NCBI GenBank assembly: GCA_964252035.1
Contig: OZ176203.1
Strand: one strand, 5' to 3'
DNA: 64,000 bases
DNA from: Podarcis erhardii
Lineage: Eukaryota
Shown here piece after piece: positions 13,490-23,949 of this stretch; the first letter of the stretch is position 1; every line of letters begins with the position of its first letter. A program made the position numbers and the translations under genes. The notes beneath the pieces were generated by a model, which searched no databases, was not told where the DNA came from, and saw only the letters and a list, made by a program, of their open reading frames with translations.

Positions 13490-15657
13490 TTTTATTTTAT
13501 TTTATTTTTTAAAAAATAATATTTATTACTTTTAAAAAGAAAGAAGACAGAAGAGAAAAAAGAAAAGAAAAAAAAGACAATACAATACAATACATGAACA
13601 ATACAAAACACAACCTAAACCCATTAAACTAAACACGTTAAACTAAACTAAACAAAACCCACTCCCTAACCCTAACCCTAAATAAAACAAAACAAAAACA
13701 ATTTAAAAGAAAAAAATACATCCCCCCTTTTCGATACTCTTTCTTTCATTCCCTTGTTTCCTCGACCCACTCTCGCCTCCCTTTTTGTATTCCACTTCTA
13801 CTAGTTATTTCAGCAAATCCTTTCCATCTTTCTCTATTCTCTATCATATTATAAATAACATATTTTTTTAACCTTATTTTAACATTAAAACTAAAATACT
13901 TATATATACTTAACTCCTTATAACATTTCTGCTAAATCCATAAAATATCAATCCACCATTTTTCTATCACTCATTAATTTTGCGATATTTCTATATATAA
14001 ACTTTAAATTTTCCAATCTTCTTCCATCAACTCCTCTCCCTGGTTTCAGATTCTGCCAGTCCTTTCCGTCAATTCCATATAGTCCATCAACCTGGAGATC
14101 TTATGTCCGAGGCTCTTACCTCTTTTCCAGGTCCCTTCTGCAGATCTTCTTCATATTCTTTAATGCTAGAGAGCAAATCTCGAGAAAACTCCATCCTAAC
14201 AATATTTTTATTCCTTCTGAACAGTTCAGCCAAATTTCCATAGTTGAAGCTAGGGTCTATAAAGTGTTTCAGGATGTATTTCAAGATTCCTCCAAATCCA
14301 AAGGCCCCCAAAACTTCAATCTCCTCCAAATCCAAGTCCATGTCCCAAAAGTCAATTAATCCCTGGATAGTGGGATCTTTCCAACTTTCTTTCTTCAGTC
14401 CAAGCCGGGATCCAATCCTCAAAGTCTGACTTTTTCTAGATTCAATCATAAAAGGCCTCAATTTATAGTCCTCAATTTGCTTCTGTAAAACTAAGGATCC
14501 CGCTTGTGTTCTTTTAGGTTCAAAAACAACAACTTTCTCCTTTTCCTCCACCATTTGTTCTGCCAAAGTAGGTTCCTGTGCCAGGTCCTGAATTATTTCT
14601 GTGTTGGTACTCACTTTTTGTCTCAAATTAGTCACTTTCTGTTCCAAATTATCAATTTTAAAAGTCACGTCATCAGTCATGTCATCCATCTTTTTATGAA
14701 GCTCTTCCAGTGAATGGCTTATCTTACATAATGCAGTCACAATAACTTCTCCTATCAACATTTTGAATGGTCCAAGGTCAATCTCTGGTTCTCAGAATCC
14801 TTATCTTGCAGCTAGAGATCTCCCAGTTACACTCCTCTAACAGTTTCAAAAGCTCCCTCTAGAGAGAAACAGTCTCCACTTGTATCAGTTCTTTCAAGCA
14901 CAACTCAAGCAATAAACAGAATTTCGATTTTCAGTTACTTTTCCTCCATTTTAAATGCAGAAGAGGACAATGGAAACAGTATCTTACTCTTATTTTAGCT
15001 GGCTGTCAAATCCATTCTGTCAATGAACTTTCCCCAAACGTCATCTGGCAGCCCATTCCCAGGTTCAGAGCTGTGGTAATTTGATTCTCCCCTCACTCCT
15101 GCAGGCTTACTAAGTTCAAAATTTTCCCCCCCTTCACCTGCTTCCAAGGGGGGTTTTGTATTTTTAACCGATGGAGATTTAATCCTTTGTCAAAAGCTTT
15201 CAAAGACTTTAGCTTGTAACATCTTTGCTTCAGTCTATTTACAAAAGCGGAAGGCGGACTTCCTGTTTATGACCTTCCCGCTTTGGCGCCAAATTAAGGT
15301 ATTTAAAGATACAATTTTCCGTTCTACTCACGGGTAGTTGTTTAAAATCCAATTGTCCACAGGAAAAAGTCAGCGCTCTCCAGCAACAGCAATGCGGCTT
15401 CACTCCGTGAAAGAAGCAGTCGATTCAAAGCACTGCGCCACTCACCCCATGTCGCTCCGGATCCCCAAAACGGTTTCCCCGCGAGTAGGGGAGGCGCAAA
15501 AGGTGCCAGCCAAATCCCAGGTTCACAAGCTTCTCCCGCTTGTGATTTCAATGGGTCTCCGCCTTCGCCGTGGCGGTCAGACCCTGTTTTTCACGGAGTA
15601 AGTTCCTCCCGATTGGAGGAGCTCAGCCATTGCCGGAGGCGCCAACCCGGAAGTCCC
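13490..15657 (-). mobile_element. Non-autonomous L1-derived (HAL1-like) element, copy A, 2168 bp
   Basis: Perfect 18-bp TSD caagctctctcctttatc (13472-13489, 15658-15675); 5' end gacttccgggttggcgcctccggcaatg; single ORF; AATAAA (13522-13527, minus) plus A-rich tail; homologous end to end with 38437-40562. Confidence 0.85.
14087..14761 (-). CDS. 224-aa coiled-coil ORF (ORF1p-like) of HAL1-like copy A
   Basis: ATG-initiated open frame; heptad-like N-terminal half (SLEELHKKMDDMTDDVTFKIDNLEQKVTNLRQKV); clearly homologous to the copy B ORF. The ORF1p assignment is inferred from position and composition. Confidence 0.6.
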   Translation of the reverse strand: MLIGEVIVTALCKISHSLEELHKKMDDMTDDVTFKIDNLEQKVTNLRQKVSTNTEIIQDLAQEPTLAEQMVEEKEKVVVFEPKRTQAGSLVLQKQIEDYKLRPFMIESRKSQTLRIGSRLGLKKESWKDPTIQGLIDFWDMDLDLEEIEVLGAFGFGGILKYILKHFIDPSFNYGNLAELFRRNKNIVRMEFSRDLLSSIKEYEEDLQKGPGKEVRASDIRSPG

Positions 15658-15675
15658 CAAGCTCTCTCCTTTATC

Positions 15676-16166
15676 AGTCACGGCAAGGGATGACCCTGGC
15701 TGTTCTTCTAGGGGAACAGAGAAGATACGTCAGTACCTTATCTTATGTGCTGACCACAAAAGATGCACAGGCCGTTGTCCGTGAAAAACGCCAAAAGCGT
15801 GTTCCCGGAGATGATGACCTCTTCCTCCCAGATAAAAGTAGGAAGAGGAAGATCCTTTTATGGTCAGAAGTACAGGAAGGAACACCCTTTTATGGTTAAG
15901 AATACCAGAGCAAGAACATATGTGATGTCAACCTGCGTACATAGGCTGACGTGGTTGGAAAGAGGGAGAGGGTGCCTGGAGGATATATATACTGCATGAA
16001 ACTTGTCATTTCTTTGGACTTGCTGTGGACTTGATTACGCAAGTGCCTTCTGCTATCCGGAGAGCAGAATAAACTCTTTCTTTGAATCAACCTCGGTGTC
16101 ATTTGACTTCCTTCCTCATGTCCCAGAGCAACGCAGACCCAATCGGTGAACTCCAATAAGGCTACA
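15676..16166 (+). mobile_element. Putative LTR remnant flanking or interrupted by HAL1-like copy A
   Basis: TATATATA (15984-15991), AATAAA (16068-16073), ends ...TACA; a possible left part TGTTGAG at 13434 lies beyond the insertion; no matching TSD found. Confidence 0.45.
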
Positions 16167-16389
16167 TTCTCATTGATCATTTGTTCATTCCACACTTTCC
16201 TAACCACTTTTTAAAAGCAGATTTACTGTATTAGGGTGGCAGGCTGCTTTCATTCACAAACCTAAATTTCCCAGAGTGCATTCATCCTGCAAAATACTGA
16301 CATTCAGAGAAATCCTGAGTTTTAATAAACAGGTTGGAAATTTGCCTGTTTTGCCACACTTGGGGGGGGGGGACCTAATGGAGCACATA

Positions 16390-16695
16390 TACAGCAAACC
16401 TGCAACTTGCGTGCATTTAACTTGTGTGCATTNNNNNNNNNNNNNNNNNNNNNNNNNNNNNNNNNNNNNNNNNNNNNNNNNNNNNNNNNNNNNNNNNNNN
16501 NNNNNNNNNNNNNNNNNNNNNNNNNNNNNNNNNNNNNNNNNNNNNNNNNNNNNNNNNNNNNNNNNNNNTCTGGGGGTAAAGACTTTAGCAATCCCACCTG
16601 CCATTGAATCCAATGTATTTTGACTATACATGATTTTGGCTTTAGGTACAGTCCCTGGAATTTAACCCCTACGTAAGTTGTAGGCTTAGCTTGTG
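16390..16695. mobile_element. Decayed Tigger-like MITE spanning the assembly gap
   Basis: Left end tacagcaaacctgcaacttgcgtgc and right end cgtaagttgtaggcttagcttg resemble imperfect TIRs of a TA-target MITE. Confidence 0.45.
16433..16568. other. Assembly gap (136 N)
   Basis: Run of N. Confidence 1.
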
Positions 16696-17782
16696 TTTTA
16701 TCTATAAGTTGTGGGTATGCTTAGCATTTTAGAATCATAAAGTGGATGATATTTTATTGTTTATTTTCTATATTATATGTCACTTTGTTACTTTTCTGTG
16801 GAAATGCAATTCAGTAATATTGGGGAAAATATATTTTAACAAACTGAAGAGCCTGTCATTCCTTCTAGGTCTTACTCGTTGCTTCTTATATTTTTCCTTC
16901 AAATTCCAAAATCATTTTGCCTTAGTTTTCATTGGAATTGCAGCATATAGTGGGTGGTTTCAGTTTGCTGAAGCCAAGACTGGGCCAAATTCATCATGGT
17001 AAAAAAATCCTGCCTGCTTTAATTCTTCTTAGGCCCCACTAGCTTTGATGTTGAAATCAAGAAAGAGTTTTGAGTTCATAAATACTTTCCCTATGAACTC
17101 GTATTTTTCTGCATAATTGCACAAACAATAATATCATATTTGGCACTGCTTCATGTATTTCGAGCTTTGATTATCATGTTTTGAAAAATTAAATGTTTCA
17201 GGCTTTCATTCACCATAGCGTCTTGCCACCTCCTTAATTCCTTCCCCTTTCAGCAAGGCACTTACAGAAGTGCTCAGAGTTAAGCAGAGTGCTAAAGTGC
17301 TTTCCTGAAATGAGATCTTACCATTTAAGACCCTGTCCCTTTGATTGGCCTTCCCACTGCTGCACTGCAGACAGCTAGTAGTAAATTACAGAGACATTAG
17401 GCCTTCTCAATTGAACAAATCTGTGGATACCTAAACATATAAAGGACTGTCCCTGTGCCTCCTCCCTCACCTTCCACACATCCACCTGAGCCTCTGCACA
17501 AACCTTCTACCAGGGCTGGCTCCAGATTCTGGAGAGCTGTTGGGTAACCTACCCTGAGTGGGTCCTCCTACTCTTCACTGCAGTTGTCACCACATGTTCA
17601 CTTAACCTCTCCCTCTGGGCGCAATCTGCTCAGCCATCTTGAGGGTAGCGTGGGTCAAAGAGCAGCAGCACTTGAGAGGGCCTTCCCTGTGGTGTCCCCT
17701 GGTGGTGGAGTTATCGTCCATTTGTGGGGCATCTTGCACCATCTTGTACTGTTTGCTTTTGGACCATTGGTCAAAACACATC

Positions 17783-18599
17783 TGTCAGGGGCTCAGGAGC
17801 AGAGACACAGGGGAGAGAGGAAACGGAGAGCGAAGGGGAAGAATCTGAGGGCAGCGTAGGGGAGTATGTCAGTGGCCGAGAGATTCCATGAGCTTCTCCG
17901 GCGATTCAGAAGATTCCCAGAGGGGGGCGCCGATGGCCAGGGCAAGGGGGGTCCCAGGGGGGACACACCAGAAGCAAGGGGCCAGCGGGGACTCCCAAAG
18001 CAGCAGCGGGAGATCAGGACCAGCTCCCCCACCAGAGCGTAGTGGGGGGGAAGAGTCCCATGTATCAGGGCCAGCGTCTCCTCCAGCAGGGAGAGAAGAT
18101 GAGTCAGGGCTGGCCACGCCTCTATCGCAGAGTGAGGGAACGGAGGGGAGATCAGGTCCAGCTAGCCCCCCCGAAGGGGGAAGCAGTGACAGGAGCAGTG
18201 TAATGGTCAGGAGAAAGGTTGCCGGCTGGGCGCGCGCGCCAAGTTCAAATGTACAGGCGCGCGGGACAGCAGAAAACCTGGATTGGGAACCAGGTCCTAA
18301 AGCCCGCCGGAGGCAGGGGGAAGACTCAGGGGACTCAGAAGAGTCTAGAAAGGGCAAGACCCCAGCGGACAGACGGACCCAGAGGAGGAAAGAGCAAAGG
18401 AAGAGGTGGAGCAAGGCTAGAGTCTTAAACTGGTGTCTGCGGGGAGGAGATTCAGACGGAGCTTCAGCGGTCTAGAGTCTAAGACGTAGAGCTGCGCGCC
18501 ACGGCTTTGAAATCGAAACTGAACTTCAATAAAGACTTTTGTATATAACAAGAACTGGCGTTGGTCCTTTGTGAGCTGGGACCTCGGGCAGCTCTGACA
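17783..18599 (+). mobile_element. GC-rich solo LTR (817 bp), probably Gypsy-type
   Basis: TGTCAG...CTGACA termini, perfect 5-bp TSD ACATC (17778-17782, 18600-18604), AATAAA at 18528-18533. Superfamily is inferred. Confidence 0.85.
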
Positions 18600-20411
18600 A
18601 CATCTTTATATCCAGGTCTTCGGCCGAGTCACGGAAGTCTTCCCTCCTCCTCCTGTATTCTTGTTATTAACACTATTGGTGGTTTTATTTTATGGTTTCA
18701 AGTGTATATTATATTTATTTTCATTGTGATATTTTTGTAACCCGCCCTGGGACCTTTCGCTGAAGTACAAATAATAAAATCAATAACGCAATCTGTGCGC
18801 ACCTTGATTTTCTCTGTACAATCTGCAGAAAGAAGGAAGCAGGTTGCACATCATGAGCCTACATTGGGGATCACTAGTGTGTGGCACCCTTGAGGTCTTC
18901 CTGTGTCCACCCACAAGTTCTCTGAGCCCCTCCCCACACTGTCCCCTTCATCATGAGGTGATGAGAGCTGTTACATTTTTCTCCCTTGATTAAGTATATA
19001 CAGCTTTCTCCTGTTTCTTCTTTCAGCTCTGTGTGCTTTTCACAGTTCCGGTCCATTCTATTGGATCCCACTTTTACCCAAATCCCTTGGGGATGTCTGT
19101 GCAGATGCCCTCTCTCTCTTTCTGTCTCTTGCCTGGGGGCTGAGGGGTGGGGAGGGAAGTGACTAGAGAGGGTGGTGCCCATGGCATTCAGCACTCACTC
19201 AAAAATCTAAATGTGCCCAGAGGTCTAGAAAGGTTGGTGGCCGTGCATACAGCTTCTATTTATGTTGCTCTGTGCAAAAGAGCCAATCAATATGTAAAGG
19301 TTGGAAGTGAATCTACCTAGTGCAATCCTGACCCACCACATTCCTCTTGAATGGATTTGGTTGACGGAAATGGGTTTTGCTTGCTTTCCAGTCTCTGAGT
19401 GCCAAGGCATTTAACCAATTGTTCACAGGAACCCTCTGTGCAGACCAGACCTTAGTTTTGCTAAGTGCTACAATGTGTGTTGTTCACTCCATCAAGGGAA
19501 GAGGGCAACCCAACTACCAAAAAAAGAAAATACATGAAGAGCATAGCTAAAAACATAAAAAATATAGAAGCCTCTTTAAAACTTATTCAATGCAAACAGT
19601 GAATTGAATTCTGTGGCTTTGCTTTTTTGACTCAACAGTCCTCACTTTGAAATCCAGAACACACCCCCATCCAAAGATTAGGATATATAAAGGTTGATGA
19701 GAGATAAATCAAGACAGCAGTTTAAAATGTCTAAGCTAACCAAGAAGGGTGGAGAATTGTTTTTTTTAGACAAAAGCCACCAAAAGCAAAATGCAAAAGT
19801 TTGCTGCCGATTTGGCCTCTATAGAAGCATTACAAAAACAGGTACATTAGTGGGATAACAGAATAAATGTGATTCCAGCTATTCAGGCACACTGCAACAA
19901 AACCCTTTATTTGTTTAAAGGAAACTCTCTAACAATGGCCCTGCTTGCTTCGGCAAGCATGTCTTACTGTTTAATAATGCCAGGGTCTTTTAATTATTAT
20001 TTTAAATGCAGGTTTCCCCCTCCTGACTATGTTTGAACAGATGGTGTGCATTGCAGCACCTACCAAGTTGGTCATACTAAATTTACTTTAGTGGAAGAAA
20101 ACACATCAGGGAGGAAAAAAAGAGGAGTCTTGTTTTAAAATACTGCTTCTTAAAATGTTAGTAGCTGCTGCTACCAAAACAGGTTGGATTTCGTGAAAGA
20201 ATGGCAAAAATGCCATTACAGAGCACACTGATTTGAACTACATTGTTTTCTGTTCTGCCACAATGACTAGCAGTGGATATAGGTGGGCCTGGAGGAGTTT
20301 GATCCTCGCAAGACACCTAAGAACTTCCTTGTTTGAGCAAGGTCCATCTGTTCCAACAGAAACCCATCAGAATTCTGTAAAAGAATATCGTAAGGAAAGG
20401 AATCCTCTGTC

Positions 20412-20487
20412 CAATAGCCTGAGTAAGGATTATCCGATGAGTTAGCTGGCAATAGCCTGAGTAAGGATTATCCGATGAGTTAGCTGG
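20412..20487. repeat. Perfect 38-bp tandem duplication
   Basis: caatagcctgagtaaggattatccgatgagttagctgg x2. Confidence 0.95.
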
Positions 20488-20574
20488 AGAAGGGCCATAG
20501 CTTTACAGGTTCGGTCGCTGGTTTGGTCGCTGACATTCCAGGTTTGGTCGCTGACATCTCCAGATAGAGCCAGG

Positions 20575-20621
<47 letters not shown>

Positions 20622-20730
20622 TTTATTTATACCCCGCCCTCCCCAGCCAAGGCCGGGCTCAGATGGCTCCTATCTACAACTCTGGGGAGCCACTACTAGT
20701 CAGTGCAGACAATATTGAGCTAGATGCACC
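20488..20730 (+). mobile_element. Rearranged tRNA-SINE interrupted by (AAT)n plus a reverse L2-type tail
   Basis: Head gggccatagct, repeated B-box-like ggtttggtcgctgacat, 3' part agtcagtgcagacaatattgagctagatgcaccaatagtctc; insert about 20573-20662. Confidence 0.5.
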
Positions 20731-20784
20731 AATAGTCTCAGGCAGCTTCATGGCCATCCTACACCCCCTCCCAGGGCATTGCAC

Positions 20785-21224
20785 CAACAATATATAACAC
20801 CGGTCTTGAAAGACTTACATTGGCTCCCAGTACGTTTCCAAGCACAATTCAAAGTGTTGGTGCTGACCTTTAAAGCCCTAAACGGCCTCGGCCCAGTATA
20901 CCTGAAGGAGCATCTCCAACCCCATTGTTCAGCCCAGACACTGACGTCCAGCGCCGAGGGCCTTCTGGTGGTTCCCTCACTGTGAGAAGTAAGGTTACAG
21001 GGAACCAGGCAGAGGGCCTTCTTGGTAGTGGTGTCTGCCCTGTGGAATGCCCTCCCATCAGATGTCAAGGAAATAAACAACTATCTGACTTTTCGAAGAC
21101 ATCTGAAGGCAGCCCTGTTTAGGGAAGTGTTTAATGTTTGATGTTTTATCATGTTTTTAATATTTTGTTGGAAACCGCCCAGAGTGGCTGGGGAAACCCA
21201 GCCAGATGGGCAGGGTATAAATAA

Positions 21225-21262
<38 letters not shown>
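20785..21262 (+). mobile_element. L2 LINE 3' fragment with (GTT)n tail
   Basis: Translation ITPVLKDLHWLPVRFQAQFKVLVLTFKALNGLGPVYLKEHL is the L2 post-RT motif, followed by an L2-type 3' UTR and a simple-repeat tail. Confidence 0.9.
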
Positions 21263-21304
21263 GATGAGAAACACACAAGAAAATGCCATATACCAAATCT
21301 TTGG

Positions 21305-21492
21305 GGGAAAGACTGTAGCTTAGCAGTAGAGCTTCTGCCTTGCATACAGAAAGTCCAAGGTTTCAATCTCCAGTTTCTGCAGGTAGGGCTTGGATAGACT
21401 GAAGCCTGTGAGAGCTGCTGCCAGTCAGTGTAGACAATGCTATATTAGATGGACCAATGGTCTGGCTCCATATAAAGCAGCTTCCTGTGTTT
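21305..21492 (+). mobile_element. tRNA-derived SINE with CR1-like tail
   Basis: tRNA-like head gactgtagcttagcagtagagc...ggtttcaatc and tail gctgccagtcagtgtagacaat...gatggaccaatggtctgg...gcagcttcctgtgttt. Confidence 0.75.
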
Positions 21493-23396
21493 CTGTGTTT
21501 CATTTTATTTTCCCCAGCCTTTTAACCCTCTTAAACTGTTGCAAGTTTTCTGTAATGATCTTTTATCATTCACCCTGTGCTGTGTGTTGTTGTTTTAGAT
21601 GTCGATTGGTTTCTTTTTGTTTTTCTGGGTTTTTGATGTAGTAGTAGTAGTAGTAGTAGTTGTTGTTGTAATATTGTATTTCTGTTCTTTCTGTATGCCA
21701 TCCCACAAACACTGATTGCCCCTGAAAGTGTGAGATATAATTTTTTTGAAATCAACACGCTGTGTGTCTTTGTTCACGGCTGAGCAGCTGCATTTTCCAA
21801 CCAAAGAACCCAAGGACAATTTCATACATATTTATTCCTAAGAAAAACTTTATCCATATTAATAGTTTGTCCCATCATCTTTCTCAGAGGAATCCAGCTG
21901 CTTGCTGCTGTTTCACTGTACTGCAAAAGGGTGGGGGGAAAGGGGGAAAGTTTTGCACACTGAAATACAATGTGATATAAATGGCCTTTAATAGCATTTA
22001 AGACTATATAGTGGCATTTCTGGTAAAAGTAGAACCCACTATATAATTTTAGTTTGTTTCCCATTCCCAGTAGAAAACGAACACATAATGCAAACATTGT
22101 GTATCCCTTTATAACGGGAGTTGTAAGAAAAATACTTGCTACCTGAGATATTTCTGTAAGTCAGTGAAGCAAACAGGCCAACATGTGGATTAGGTTACAT
22201 TCAGAGCTGATCCTCATTTTGTAACACACACTAAACAGCAAAATGCAGGAGTCTCGGGTTTAATAAAACACAAACTTTCAGCCGCACATATAGCCAATAA
22301 AGACTGAAGCATCCTGGCCATGATCAGCATACTAATTGCTGCATGAATAAATCCTGAGGCTTGGCTGTTTTGAAAGGCAAACAAAATCTCTGCAGAAGCC
22401 AGAAAGAGTATTTACTAAGAAAACCTAGCCTGTGTGTACCTGTAACAGTGTCCTTATGAATGTAAACTATGCCTCTTGTTGATCTCTCTTGCTTGATATT
22501 AAATATACGAGTGTGTTTCAGAAAGTTTCAGCAAAATGACTGCATGCGCAGCATGGTGGAAATTACCATTCTGAATTATCCTGATATTAAGCAAAACTAC
22601 CATCACTTTGGACTTCAGTTAAACTCTTTCTGAAAGGAACTACCGTAGTGGAAGTGTGATGGTGGGAAAACGTTGGAATTGTTCTTGATTCTACCATTTC
22701 ATTCCCTCCAACCTCTTGAGTCCCAAAACTGGGACACACATCTTCCCACCAATGCTTCTGTGTGAGTCATGCAACCCTTTCAAGATCATAAAGCCCCAAA
22801 GACACAATTTTCTTGGCCCATGCTCACCCCAAAATACACTTTTTGGGGCTCTGCGCAGGATTACAGCCCCACTGTGCTCAGGGGTGAGATCTTGGCATGC
22901 AATCGTGTGAGATCAAAATGGCTGCCGTGCTCTTGCACAAGAAAACGGCATGTTCCGTTTTTTTCAGGATACTTGCGGGGTACACTGTTTTGGCAGGAAG
23001 TGTTCAGGGTAACTCTTCCCTCACCTTCCTATCATGCCTCCTGGTTGGAGTAGGAACGAATCTGTGGGATTGAAGTTTTATCCTCTATTTCCTCTCAATG
23101 ACTGAACTTCTACCATAAATTGGTACTCTGAATCTCCAGAAATAGTGGGGTGGGGGGTGGGAGAATCTTACCCTCTCAACAAGAACACTTTTACCCCAAA
23201 CGATGCTACACCGCTGTCACAAACAAAGGCAATGTGCAGCTTTACTCCATACAATATATGAGTGGGAACGGCACTTGCAAAAAAAACCCAGTGTTGCCTC
23301 ACAAATGAAAGAAGCTTCAGCGTGGATTGCACTCTTGTTGCTAGAGATCAGCTCAGTCATCTGAAGTCAATTTAATAGCCAGATATAGTAAATCTA

Positions 23397-23750
23397 GGAT
23401 GTGGGTGGCGCTGTGGGTTAAACCACAGAGCCTAGGGCTTGCCAATCAGAAGGTCGGTGGTTCGAATCCCGGCGACGGGGTGAGCTCCCGTTGCTTGGTC
23501 CCTGCTCCTGCCAACCTAGCAGTTCAAAAGCACGTCAAAGTGCAAGTAGATAAATAGGTACCGCTCCGGCGGAAAGGTAAACGGTGTTTCTGTGCACTGC
23601 TCTGGTTTGCCAGAAGTGGCTTAGTCATGCTGGCCACATGACCCGGAAGCTGTACACCGGCTCCCTCGGCCAGTAAAGCGAGATGAGCATCGCAACCCCA
23701 GTGTCGGCCATGACTGGACCTAATGGCCAAGGGTCCCTTTACCTGTACCT
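23397..23750 (+). mobile_element. Sauria SINE, full length
   Basis: gggtggcgctgtgggttaaaccacagagcctagg...gggtccctttacctgtacct; TSD atagtaaatcta / atagcaaatcta (1 mismatch). Confidence 0.92.
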
Positions 23751-23885
23751 ATAGCAAATCTATGTCAAAACTGCTTTTCACACCAAAGTCCCATTGAAAT
23801 CAGCTAAGTGCCTATGCCTGCTTGCTTTCAATGGGGTTTAGGTGTGCCTGATTTTCTCTAGATTGCACCCACTTTATACTTAAAT

Positions 23886-23907
23886 TGTGTGTGTGTGTGC
23901 GTGTGCG

Positions 23908-23947
<40 letters not shown>
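23886..23947. repeat. Compound (GT)n(GC)n(AC)n microsatellite
   Basis: Direct reading; the GT and AC arms are self-complementary around the GC core. Confidence 0.95.
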
Positions 23948-23949
<2 letters not shown>

